Shown piece by piece: positions 19,171 through 27,698 of a stretch of 64,000 bases of DNA. The notes beneath the pieces are model-generated. The model had not been told where the DNA came from. It did not search any database and saw only the letters and a list, made by a program, of their open reading frames with translations. The translations under genes and the position numbers were made by a program. The stretch lies in sequence record MT133560.1; one strand, written 5' to 3'. Within the stretch, counting starts at the first letter, position 1. Every line of letters begins with the position of its first letter.

Positions 19171-19514
19171 AGAAATACTTCTATTCATTGCGTCCTCTCC
19201 TTGCAGCATTGTGGGTTGAGACTAGCCATGAACATCCGCCCATGGTTTTCCATGAACTGTTACCTATCCTGTCAGATCCTATCTTGTATAAACGTATCCA
19301 AGAATTGGTTAACGCTAAGGTTGGAGCTACTGAATAGGATCTGATTGATCGTTGCCCAGTTCTGGATCGGTTCATTGACTTCCATCTGGCTAAAGAGAAA
19401 CCCAACTTCGGTAAATATAAACGTCCGGACATCTATGCACTTACCGACCTAGCCTGGCATTTTGTTGACCAGTACAAGCTCGACACATTCGTAAAACTAC
19501 CTGGTACCGAATGA
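19104..19514 (+). pseudogene. C-terminal remnant of a YcgL/RlaP-like (Pol-beta superfamily) nucleotidyltransferase
   Basis: HYISMAK...KKYFYSLRPLLAALW...PPMVFHEL; N-terminal catalytic half absent (TGA upstream); internal TAG 19335-37 with frame continuing to TGA 19512-14. Confidence 0.7.
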
Positions 19515-19574
19515 AGAAAATATTAGTCAATAAAGAAAAAAGTCTAATACCATCTTATTAAAAGGAAATATACT

Positions 19575-20069
19575 ATGTTATTTAAAAAAGAAGTATGTAT
19601 TGAGAATATCCTAGTACTAGAAAAACTATACATGGTTACTAATCGTAAGGATAATATCTATCCTAATCCAGAGGTAACTTATGAAGATATTAAGAAATTT
19701 ACCAAAACCTATGGTAAAATTCCAATGGACTTCTTAGGTCCATTATTACATGAGATTGTTGAACGGGAAGATTATATTCTAAAAGAAAAAGAAGCTCAAG
19801 AATACATTGATAAAATGCCTATTATTGTAGAACACGATAATAGTCGTATTGTTAATGAATACACTATCTTGAATTATATTATTCCAGTTACTACTCATCC
19901 TAATCTTAATAATCGATCATATACCATCAATCTTTATAAGTATGTCGACTGCCTAGAAAATACTACCAAAGCATTAAAACATTTTAGATGGACAAATAAT
20001 CAAGATTATAATTTCTTAAAGACGGTGCATGGCCGTTTACTAGATATTCTTGATATCATGGAAAGTTAA
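19575..20069 (+). CDS. hypothetical protein
   Basis: AAGGA RBS. Confidence 0.8.
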   Translation: MLFKKEVCIENILVLEKLYMVTNRKDNIYPNPEVTYEDIKKFTKTYGKIPMDFLGPLLHEIVEREDYILKEKEAQEYIDKMPIIVEHDNSRIVNEYTILNYIIPVTTHPNLNNRSYTINLYKYVDCLENTTKALKHFRWTNNQDYNFLKTVHGRLLDILDIMES

Positions 20070-20112
20070 TATGTTAAAAACATATTCATCTAATATACTC
20101 CATTACATACGT

Positions 20113-20140
20113 TACCCTACTCCATATTGGGGTAGGGGTA
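20113..20140 (+). terminator. hairpin, probable terminator
   Basis: CCCTACTCC-ATATT-GGGGTAGGG. Confidence 0.55.
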
Positions 20141-20158
20141 TTAAGGTGGGGTATAAAT

Positions 20159-20452
20159 ATGTCAAGCAACAAACTATCTGCACAACTCAATCATCATCAC
20201 AATACTCGTATAGTTAATTATTATGTCTCACTAGCCGCAAGTCGTTATGGCGACACCAATCCTTCAGCAAAAGCTAAAGGTAAATGGCGTAAACATAATC
20301 CATTTAATTGTGGTAGGTCTCGTTGTATGCTATGTGGTAATCCCCGTAAGCGTTGGAATAGACTTACTCTTAATGAGATTAAAATTAATATTTCATTAAA
20401 AGAACAATTAACTGAAATTAGTAGAGACATTGCTGAGCTAAATGAGGATTGA
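20159..20452 (+). CDS. basic phage protein with C-x4-C-x2-C-GNPR motif
   Basis: KHNPFNCGRSRCMLCGNPRKR. Confidence 0.8.
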   Translation: MSSNKLSAQLNHHHNTRIVNYYVSLAASRYGDTNPSAKAKGKWRKHNPFNCGRSRCMLCGNPRKRWNRLTLNEIKINISLKEQLTEISRDIAELNED

Positions 20453-20523
20453 ACAATGTATGAAGAGTACGAAGCAATTTAATAGTTTAGATTAACCATT
20501 CGAAATAAATTTGGAATAATTAA

Positions 20524-20646
20524 ATGAAAGTTAAAAATAAGCAACAGCCTAAATTTGTCAATCTAGCTACTATGCAAGCCGCATGGCGTTTAAATAACGC
20601 AGAGCTTAAAGCTAAGCGGGAAGCTAAAGAAAAGCAAAAAGAATAA
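20524..20646 (+). CDS. 40-aa basic microprotein
   Basis: MKVKNKQQPKFVNLATMQAAWRLNNAELKAKREAKEKQKE, followed by terminator. Confidence 0.55.
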   Translation: MKVKNKQQPKFVNLATMQAAWRLNNAELKAKREAKEKQKE

Positions 20647-20664
20647 AACTATTTGATTGCATAA

Positions 20665-20689
20665 AGAGAGAGGATAAATTCCTCTCTCT
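20665..20689 (+). terminator. intrinsic terminator
   Basis: AGAGAGAGGA-TAAAT-TCCTCTCTCT with CATAAA / TTTATG flanks. Confidence 0.8.
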
Positions 20690-20766
20690 TTTTATGTTGT
20701 TTTATAACTTATATTTAGTCTAAAAGATAATTATGGAATAAACAAAAAATATCCTAACTGATATGT

Positions 20767-21297
20767 TTGTTCTTTATTCTTGACTTATTGAACCCAAAGA
20801 GGATTTTTAAAATGACTGATATTTTAAATAAAGATAACTTCTTTTCATGGGGTGCTGTAGTAGGTGGTGCACTATTACAGTATTTTGAAAATGGTAAACT
20901 TGAAGGTGGTTATAGTATATTTAAATTCAGTGATGATGTTAATGGCCTGGTAATTACAGGTGGTATAACGCATCGAAAAAATATCGGGATCCTGTGTGGT
21001 CAAGGTGATGATGAAGATCTATTTTTAGTATTCGTCATAAGTAATACTGAAAAGCCACATGCAGTATGGTATTACGATATTTATGTAGATGATGAAAGTA
21101 GTATTTGTTTTACAAATTCTTCACCTACCAGTGGTCGTATCTTTAAATCAGATACTGATGGAAATAATGACCTGTCGATAAGTCAATTACTTAAAGTAGT
21201 TAAATACTTAGTAGATGAACGAGTTCGTTTAAATAAAAATATAGTTAATTCACCAGGTTATAAAATCATTGAAGAAGATAAAGACTTTCAACTATAA
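20767..21297 (+). CDS. hypothetical protein (start probably ATG 20812)
   Basis: GAGGA precedes the internal ATG. Confidence 0.75.
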   Translation: MFFILDLLNPKRIFKMTDILNKDNFFSWGAVVGGALLQYFENGKLEGGYSIFKFSDDVNGLVITGGITHRKNIGILCGQGDDEDLFLVFVISNTEKPHAVWYYDIYVDDESSICFTNSSPTSGRIFKSDTDGNNDLSISQLLKVVKYLVDERVRLNKNIVNSPGYKIIEEDKDFQL

Positions 21298-21317
21298 TAA
21301 GTATTTTACAAAGTTAC

Positions 21318-21398
21318 CATAAATACCTCCCTTCGGGGAGGTTTTATATTGTGTTTTTTTGTATTCAAACATATTTAAACAGTATATTACAACAGTGA
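21318..21398 (+). promoter_or_regulatory. terminator + early promoter cassette (class B)
   Basis: ACCTCCC-TTCG-GGGAGGT 21325-21342, then TTTAAACAG-TATATTAC (21383-21390). Confidence 0.85.
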
Positions 21399-21426
21399 AT
21401 TCAATCTTGAAAAAAGGAGATATACC

Positions 21427-21756
21427 ATGAATATGTCCACTATTTCTACTGGTATTCTGGTGCTGGGCGGACTGGCATTTGGTTATAGCATTTGCAATGG
21501 TGTGCATTCAGTTTATAAAGAACTGGCTATGGAAATCTATTATAAAAAGCAATTGACAAAAGTAAAAGAGAAACTCACCGAATATGAAAACAAATATGTA
21601 GAAGTACCCTCAACAGCTGAAGTAAATATTTATATCGAACCTCTACTAACTGAGGCCCTTAATAAACTAGATCGATTCACCTATGGGTGTTTCCTAGCTG
21701 AGGTTGAACAACATATCGATTTTATTATTGATAATTACCGTGTAGTTAACAGATAA
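21427..21756 (+). CDS. early single-pass membrane protein (candidate phiKZ gp241 equivalent)
   Basis: Monocistronic early unit, AAGGAG RBS, N-terminal TM ISTGILVLGGLAFGYSI; gp241 identity inferred from gene position only. Confidence 0.8.
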   Translation: MNMSTISTGILVLGGLAFGYSICNGVHSVYKELAMEIYYKKQLTKVKEKLTEYENKYVEVPSTAEVNIYIEPLLTEALNKLDRFTYGCFLAEVEQHIDFIIDNYRVVNR

Positions 21757-21761
21757 TAAGA

Positions 21762-21823
21762 GCATAAAGCCCTCCCTTCGGGGAGGGCTTTTACATTAAA
21801 TTTTTTTTGAAATCTATATTACA
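21762..21823 (+). promoter_or_regulatory. terminator + early promoter cassette (class A)
   Basis: GCCCTCCC-TTCG-GGGAGGGC 21769-21788; TATATTAC 21815-21822; 41 bp identical to 28520-28560. Confidence 0.9.
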
Positions 21824-21867
21824 TGTGTGTATTACAAAATCAAATTAATGTGTCGAGGTTTTAATAG

Positions 21868-22305
21868 ATGGACGTAGTTACTAACATTTGGGAGGACGTT
21901 CTTACGAACGTGCACCACAAACTAAAGGTAATGGCCACTACTGCTGGCGATGTCATTCATACAGTGGAACCCAAATTAAATGAAATGATTAAATCGAATA
22001 TTAATCAACTACAGACAGAAAGGTATAGTCTTAGTTTAAACAAAACTAAAGACAATAAATACTACGCAAAATACCATGATAATCATCATGGCTGGGATGT
22101 TTATTTATTTGTTGAACAAACTAGGTATGGGGCTATTGTTGGTGGTGGGTTACGCCATCGTGCTAAAGAAGCTTGGGGGCTTAATAAATTCAGAGAATAT
22201 AATCTTATCAAAGTAAGGTGTACTCGACAAAATAGTGTTGTTGATAGTATTGTCTTCTTCGATGATCCATCTGAATATTTTCTTAGAGCTGTAAATAAAT
22301 TTTAA
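21868..22305 (+). CDS. hypothetical early protein
   Basis: GAGGT RBS after early promoter. Confidence 0.85.
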   Translation: MDVVTNIWEDVLTNVHHKLKVMATTAGDVIHTVEPKLNEMIKSNINQLQTERYSLSLNKTKDNKYYAKYHDNHHGWDVYLFVEQTRYGAIVGGGLRHRAKEAWGLNKFREYNLIKVRCTRQNSVVDSIVFFDDPSEYFLRAVNKF

Positions 22306-22325
22306 ATTAACTAAAAGGTAAAAAA

Positions 22326-23222
22326 ATGAATAATCTACAAGTTAATACCACTATTAAAGAATTACATAAACTTCTAATCTGTAATATTATTGATGGTAAA
22401 CTAATTGAATATAATGATATTGTGAAAGAACTGAAAATTACTAATGATGAATTAGATAATCTACTAATAGCTATTTCAAAGCTATCTGATACACCAATTA
22501 ATAATATCTTTAAATCACTTTCACTAGCAATTGATCTACGTACAATTACATCCGTCATTGAAAAACTTAGTAATTCTACGAAACTATCTAAAAAAGAAAT
22601 CCAACTAGACCTGTTAACTAGTTTAGGAATAAAAGATAATTATTTTTCGAATAGTTGCACTAACGTGTATCATGAACTAAGTGATATTATCAAAAAGCTT
22701 GAACATAGTGATAAACTATATCAAACAGATTATCAAAACTTTATTATTGATAAAGTAACTAGTCATTTTAAAGATGTATTGTATTCGGCTGGTTATGCAA
22801 TCAGTGATATTTATAAGTACACTGATTCTAAAGTAGTTAATGTAGATAAAAATGGACTATTGATAGGTATGAGCATTACCAATTATAGCTTCCATAATAA
22901 GGATGAACCAATTAGGACTATTGGTTTTTCATTAATTGATAAAACCGAATGTTGTGTTGGAAAATCTGAAACTATTAAAAAGTTTGATGTTGAAGATTTT
23001 CTTAATGCAATGGATACTATCAATATTAACCCTACTTCTATTATTTTTTCAAACCAGTATCGAGAAAAAGACTTAGCCATTCATAATGCGATCATGAATG
23101 AATTTAAGGTGAACAAGATTTCAAATAATACACGTGACAATATAGTATCTTATCATACTGTCATGATGGGGCATAACTGTATTATCTCATTTAATCACAA
23201 TGGGTTCCTATTGAAAATTTAA
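22326..23222 (+). CDS. hypothetical protein (very AT-rich)
   Basis: AAGGT RBS, 298 aa. Confidence 0.8.
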
Positions 23223-23279
23223 TAGAATATCAATTAAAAATTATCTTATGTAGTTTATCTAATTAAGGAAACAAAAAGA

Positions 23280-23636
23280 ATGCCAACTTATATTGAATTA
23301 ATCAATATTGTCAATGACGATACTCCTGAAGATGATGCAGTTATTAGTGATCTGATGAGTCAAATGAATGATAAACAAACTGTTCTTGACAGTTGTCGTA
23401 TCAATCATAAAGGCTATGCTTATTTTAAGTTCCATGTTAAGGGATCAATTAGTAAGGATAAACTTAAGGCTCTAAATGAAACTTTAAAAGATTCTAATCT
23501 TGTTGTGACTGATGCTAGTACACAACGTGGTTTCATGCCACCTAATAAGTTTGATGATATCACTTATACTGAAGAGAGTGTTGGTTATAGGGCAATGGTC
23601 TGGACAAGCTTCACTATTGAAAAGCTACTTGTATAA
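23280..23636 (+). CDS. hypothetical protein with own late-type promoter (possible virion protein)
   Basis: TATGTAG about 30 nt upstream, AAGGA RBS, own terminator. Confidence 0.8.
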   Translation: MPTYIELINIVNDDTPEDDAVISDLMSQMNDKQTVLDSCRINHKGYAYFKFHVKGSISKDKLKALNETLKDSNLVVTDASTQRGFMPPNKFDDITYTEESVGYRAMVWTSFTIEKLLV

Positions 23637-23638
23637 TA

Positions 23639-23656
23639 AGAGCCCTTCGGGGCTCT
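23639..23656 (+). terminator. intrinsic terminator
   Basis: AGAGCCC-TTCG-GGGCTCT TTCTATTT. Confidence 0.85.
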
Positions 23657-23686
23657 TTCTATTTCGCAATTAGGTATCTGTATTAA

Positions 23687-24121
23687 ATGGATAAGTATCC
23701 TATTCTACAAGCTATGTCTAAAGAAGAGGCATTTAGACTTTTAGACATACAAGGTGAGTTTAGAAAAACTCAAATGAAAGAAAGGTATTGGAATGAGGAA
23801 ACTGGTCTATGGTGGTGGGAACAACATCCCGATGTGAAATTAAGGATAGTTGCCGCCTGCAATAGATGGAAGGATGTTTATTTCATTGCAGCGAGGCATT
23901 CATCAATCATAATGACTCAACAACAGCTAATGTATGGTGGTCTTAAGGTATTGCATGAATATGCAGGAGATGATCATGAACAAGGTTTTATTGATCAGTA
24001 TGAAAACTTCCACTCTAGGGAAGAAGCAGTAATTATCGCTAAGAATAATAATCAGTTATATCGAGCTGAATTAGAAAATAGATTAGTAACTAAATATTTA
24101 TTTAGTGAAGACCTATATTAG
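23687..24121 (+). CDS. conserved phage protein (RIVAA...ARH...EQGFIDQ...SREEA...LFSEDLY)
   Basis: Motif string recalled from many phage hypothetical proteins; function unknown. Confidence 0.8.
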   Translation: MDKYPILQAMSKEEAFRLLDIQGEFRKTQMKERYWNEETGLWWWEQHPDVKLRIVAACNRWKDVYFIAARHSSIIMTQQQLMYGGLKVLHEYAGDDHEQGFIDQYENFHSREEAVIIAKNNNQLYRAELENRLVTKYLFSEDLY

Positions 24122-24151
24122 GTTTCCAATAATTTAAATAGGAATATAGCT

Positions 24152-24808
24152 ATGCTAATGAATGAAATTATCGATATTCTAGAAGGAGGGAAAGAGAATA
24201 TTCTCTTAACTAACCATCTAGGTAATGGCAAATATTCCAATGCGGGTAATGCAATGGCTGCATCATATGCCATTGCGGCACATACTGCTGTTGGTCAATT
24301 GCGAGATGGTTCAGGAAAACCTTACTGGCATCATTTATTACAAGTAGCTGAGATGGCGCAATTATTCGACCTATCTCACGCTGCTTATAAAGCAGCATGG
24401 TTACATGATGTAATTGAGGATACTGCTGTAACTGCTTCTGATCTAACTAAACTATTCTCAATCCCTGTTGTTAATTTAGTAACTGAACTAACAAATGTAA
24501 CTTACAAAGGTAATCGTAAAACTAGGATTAGTTTACAACATGAAAGACTTTCTCGCATTTCATGGAGTGGTCAATCTCTTAAGTTACTAGATTCCATTTC
24601 AAACATGTGGTCGATTGTTAATGATAAGCCTGATTTTGCTGAACTGTATCTGACTGAGAAAGCTCAACTAATCAGTAAGTTAAATAATTGTCACCCCGCT
24701 ATTAAAGATCTGGCTATATCTGTTCTCTATGGCAGGTGTACTATGGTTGGTGGGGATGCACTAAAAGAATATAATAAACTATTTTCTGATAATGAAATTG
24801 TATGTTAA
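24152..24808 (+). CDS. HD-domain hydrolase, RelA/SpoT-hydrolase (Mesh1/SAH)-like
   Basis: HTAVGQLRDGSGKPYWHH, AAWLHDVIEDT, V.LV.ELT, LKLLDSISN. Confidence 0.85.
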   Translation: MLMNEIIDILEGGKENILLTNHLGNGKYSNAGNAMAASYAIAAHTAVGQLRDGSGKPYWHHLLQVAEMAQLFDLSHAAYKAAWLHDVIEDTAVTASDLTKLFSIPVVNLVTELTNVTYKGNRKTRISLQHERLSRISWSGQSLKLLDSISNMWSIVNDKPDFAELYLTEKAQLISKLNNCHPAIKDLAISVLYGRCTMVGGDALKEYNKLFSDNEIVC

Positions 24809-24826
24809 AATAATTACTTAATATAC

Positions 24827-24900
24827 ACCCTCCCTTCGGGGAGGGTTTTATTTATCTTTTTTTTTGTATTTAAACTATTTAAAAAGCTATATTACAAATA
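24827..24900 (+). promoter_or_regulatory. terminator + early promoter cassette (class B)
   Basis: ACCCTCCC-TTCG-GGGAGGGT 24827-24846; TATATTAC 24888-24895. Confidence 0.85.
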
Positions 24901-24928
24901 TGAATTTAATAACCAAGAGGGCAATACA

Positions 24929-25192
24929 ATGACTGAACGTTTGAAATCCGTATGGTGCGCTTGCAGCTTACTGCGTGAACGCTGGAGACACATCCAAGAC
25001 ATTGCTGTCGGGGATGAACATCATGTCATAGTAAAAAACGATATGCTGATGGTGTTTCGTGGTCAAGTACCGGTAGGTAGCATGTACCGGGGTGACAGTG
25101 ACCCACTCATCTACGAGGGTGGTGCACTGGAAGAATTTACTAAAGTTGTATTGGATTTAGAATTCAATACTCGTGGTGAAACCAATAGTTAA
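24929..25192 (+). CDS. hypothetical early protein
   Basis: GAGGG RBS, first ORF after early promoter. Confidence 0.8.
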   Translation: MTERLKSVWCACSLLRERWRHIQDIAVGDEHHVIVKNDMLMVFRGQVPVGSMYRGDSDPLIYEGGALEEFTKVVLDLEFNTRGETNS

Positions 25193-25218
25193 TAAAATTA
25201 ATTTTGAGGTAATTCATT

Positions 25219-25626
25219 ATGAAATATGTAATTGTATTTATGTTGTCTATTGTAACTATCACTGCTAACTCGGCTGTCATGTACACTAATCGTGATTCAT
25301 GCATCGAGTTTGTAAAACAGGCAGATGAATTGTTTGTAAAAGGTGCATCTGTAACTGAAGTGCAAATGAAGACTTATGAAAGGATTCATTATATCCTTAA
25401 TAACACTAAAGATCTAAAGACCAACCAGTCTAAAGTTGAAGAACTCACTGGTCTATTTTACCTATGGTCTAAGGTAGATAAAATGGCAATTGAGGCAAGT
25501 TTGCCACGTGCAACAAATGCTGCTAAAGTCTATAAGACCACTCCTGAGAAATTCATCATTGATGGTTATTTCCAGCGTTGTGTAGCGGCAGGTGCGTTTG
25601 AAGCAAAACCACTTACTCTAAAATAA
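25219..25626 (+). CDS. secreted two-cysteine protein
   Basis: Sec signal MKYVIVFMLSIVTITANSA; only Cys in RDSC and FQRC. Confidence 0.85.
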   Translation: MKYVIVFMLSIVTITANSAVMYTNRDSCIEFVKQADELFVKGASVTEVQMKTYERIHYILNNTKDLKTNQSKVEELTGLFYLWSKVDKMAIEASLPRATNAAKVYKTTPEKFIIDGYFQRCVAAGAFEAKPLTLK

Positions 25627-25638
25627 TGGAGGTACAAC

Positions 25639-25998
25639 ATGCTTAAGAATTGGCTATTATTCCTTTTCCTGCCAATCCTGTCCATTGCATGTCAGCCTGC
25701 CCACGCTGTAGAAGTGGGTATTACTAAGAAATCATGTAATGTGGCAGTAAATCTTTCACAAAAAGCAACTGAGCTTTATGATAAGAACCTATCCCAATTT
25801 GAGATAATGATGCAGTTAGATATGATCTCTCGTAAGGATATGGATGACTTAGAGTTCTATGCAGGTACCGTATATGCTAAATTAAACTTAGTTGATATTC
25901 GCGTAAATAAACGAAAAGGATTTACCAATGGAGCTATTCTAGATAGGCTAGCTGAAAACTGTGTTGAAGCAATTGGTACTAAATTTAACTTGGAGTAG
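25639..25998 (+). CDS. secreted two-cysteine protein
   Basis: Signal ending PAHA; KKSC ... ENCVEAIGTKF. Confidence 0.85.
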   Translation: MLKNWLLFLFLPILSIACQPAHAVEVGITKKSCNVAVNLSQKATELYDKNLSQFEIMMQLDMISRKDMDDLEFYAGTVYAKLNLVDIRVNKRKGFTNGAILDRLAENCVEAIGTKFNLE

Positions 25999-26001
25999 AA
26001 T

Positions 26002-26796
26002 ATGGTTAGTATTTATATTGTCATTATACTCATGGCTATGCTAGCTGCATTGACATGTGGTAATTTGGTAGATAGCTGGGTAAGGCCAGCTATTCTAAAG
26101 TGGTTAAATGATGATGTCGCTATTCATTTCACCAATGCTACCTGGATGGTTGGGGGGATCCCTAATAGTGTTCCAATGCAACTAGGTAAAGCTGTTTGGT
26201 TACCCAAATACGTGGGTGACGGAATACGTCTTTATATCACGGCTGATGAAATAAAATTTGGATGGAATGGTAAAGAAAAAGATGCTTTAGCACGAGCCAT
26301 TGTTGAAGTTATCTTTATTGGTAAAAATCCAAATAGTAAACTTCTTGAAGTAAGTATTAAACCTATTTGGTTATACCCTTCTATCCAAAAAGAAAGTTTC
26401 TATTTAATGTTTGATTGGGAAAAGCTTTATACAAAAAATGAAGAGATGCGTATTTGTTGGAAGACAATACGTCACACTTTTTTCTATGGATTCCTAGGTT
26501 TGCTATTTGGCGGTAGTGCCAATGCAGATAACCTTGTATTAACTGAACGTGGATGTGACCAATATGAAGCAATGGTGAGAACTATTGCATCTAAAGCTTA
26601 TATTGGATTAGATCCAGTTATGGGTAGGGAATTCATTATTAATGATCCTGATATGTTAAATGCCCGTGAGAAAGCACAACGTAATACCCGTATCATTATC
26701 GATATGGTGGAAACTGGACAAGAACCCAAAGACATTGCATTATGGATGAATACTCAATGTAAACAAGAAGCAGTGTCAAATTTAATCAAACAGTAA
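26002..26796 (+). CDS. membrane protein fused to a secreted two-cysteine module (possible internal start 26446)
   Basis: N-terminal TM; internal signal-like RHTFFYGFLGLLFGGSANA followed by ERGC...TQC. Confidence 0.75.
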   Translation: MVSIYIVIILMAMLAALTCGNLVDSWVRPAILKWLNDDVAIHFTNATWMVGGIPNSVPMQLGKAVWLPKYVGDGIRLYITADEIKFGWNGKEKDALARAIVEVIFIGKNPNSKLLEVSIKPIWLYPSIQKESFYLMFDWEKLYTKNEEMRICWKTIRHTFFYGFLGLLFGGSANADNLVLTERGCDQYEAMVRTIASKAYIGLDPVMGREFIINDPDMLNAREKAQRNTRIIIDMVETGQEPKDIALWMNTQCKQEAVSNLIKQ

Positions 26797-26809
26797 AAAA
26801 GGCATAGAT

Positions 26810-27193
26810 ATGAAAAGAAATTTTGAAGATGATCACGTGGTAATGGCAGTGGAAGTATATGAGAAACTGAAAGAAGCTGCTGCTTATTCATTACACTCTT
26901 CTGAAATTAGTAAGATCGAACGACATATGCGTAAGTTTAATCGTGTTCAACGCGATAAACATATTGAAAATATGCATATGGAAATGCTTGAGAAACGCGA
27001 GGCTATTAGAAAAGCAAAATCTTTCTTTTCTCAAAATGCCGGTAAAATTGGTTGCGTAGTAGATAGGCTTGTCAAAGTATGTGAAGTGTATAAAATGGAT
27101 AAGTCTATGGTGGTTGTTGAGTTTCTCCAACATAAATCTAAAATTAAAGTTCCAGTAAATCCTGAAAAAATTACTATTCTTACCATTAAATAA
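26810..27193 (+). CDS. hypothetical protein, paralog of 1493..2095
   Basis: By-eye alignment over about 85 aa. Confidence 0.8.
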   Translation: MKRNFEDDHVVMAVEVYEKLKEAAAYSLHSSEISKIERHMRKFNRVQRDKHIENMHMEMLEKREAIRKAKSFFSQNAGKIGCVVDRLVKVCEVYKMDKSMVVVEFLQHKSKIKVPVNPEKITILTIK

Positions 27194-27210
27194 ATGAAGA
27201 AGGATTTAAA

Positions 27211-27666
27211 ATGAAAAATGTAATTGCAGCAGCTTTCGCTGGTCTCATTGCCATTACCGGTATCATGTTCAATACCGCAATGGCTGAAATCAAGATTGGT
27301 AAAAAAGATGCTCAACTCACTGTGCAGTCGTGTGCAATGGTTGAAACCATTACTAAACAAGCTGTATTTCGAATGAGTGAAGGTCATAGCGCAGATGAAG
27401 TTGGTGTGCTTATGCTCAACAACTCTGCTAAACTAAAAGATGAGTTGGATACCAATAATTGGATTGCGTTAACATTCGTATTCAATAGTCTTAATAAAAT
27501 CAATAATGACCTTAACAGTAAAGAGATCCATGATTATATCCGTAGTCAAGGTTACAATGTGACTACTCCTAATCTGGCAGCTTTTATCAGCGGGTATTAT
27601 GGCAATTACTGCATGAAGCATATTGGTGAGAAATTCACTCACATGGTAATTGTTGAACTCATTTAA
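27211..27666 (+). CDS. secreted two-cysteine protein
   Basis: Signal ending TAMA; TVQSC ... NYCMKHIGEKF. Confidence 0.85.
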   Translation: MKNVIAAAFAGLIAITGIMFNTAMAEIKIGKKDAQLTVQSCAMVETITKQAVFRMSEGHSADEVGVLMLNNSAKLKDELDTNNWIALTFVFNSLNKINNDLNSKEIHDYIRSQGYNVTTPNLAAFISGYYGNYCMKHIGEKFTHMVIVELI

Positions 27667-27698
27667 TTCATATCGAATACTTTCAAAAGGAAAATAGG

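Noticed and set aside
20070-20140. Another orphan sRNA unit
   Set aside because: Start motif is TATGTT rather than TATGTA and the 3' hairpin lacks a U tract; too weak
25639-25710. Lipoprotein lipobox at LSIAC
   Set aside because: The -3 residue is Ser and a good signal peptidase I site (AHA) follows
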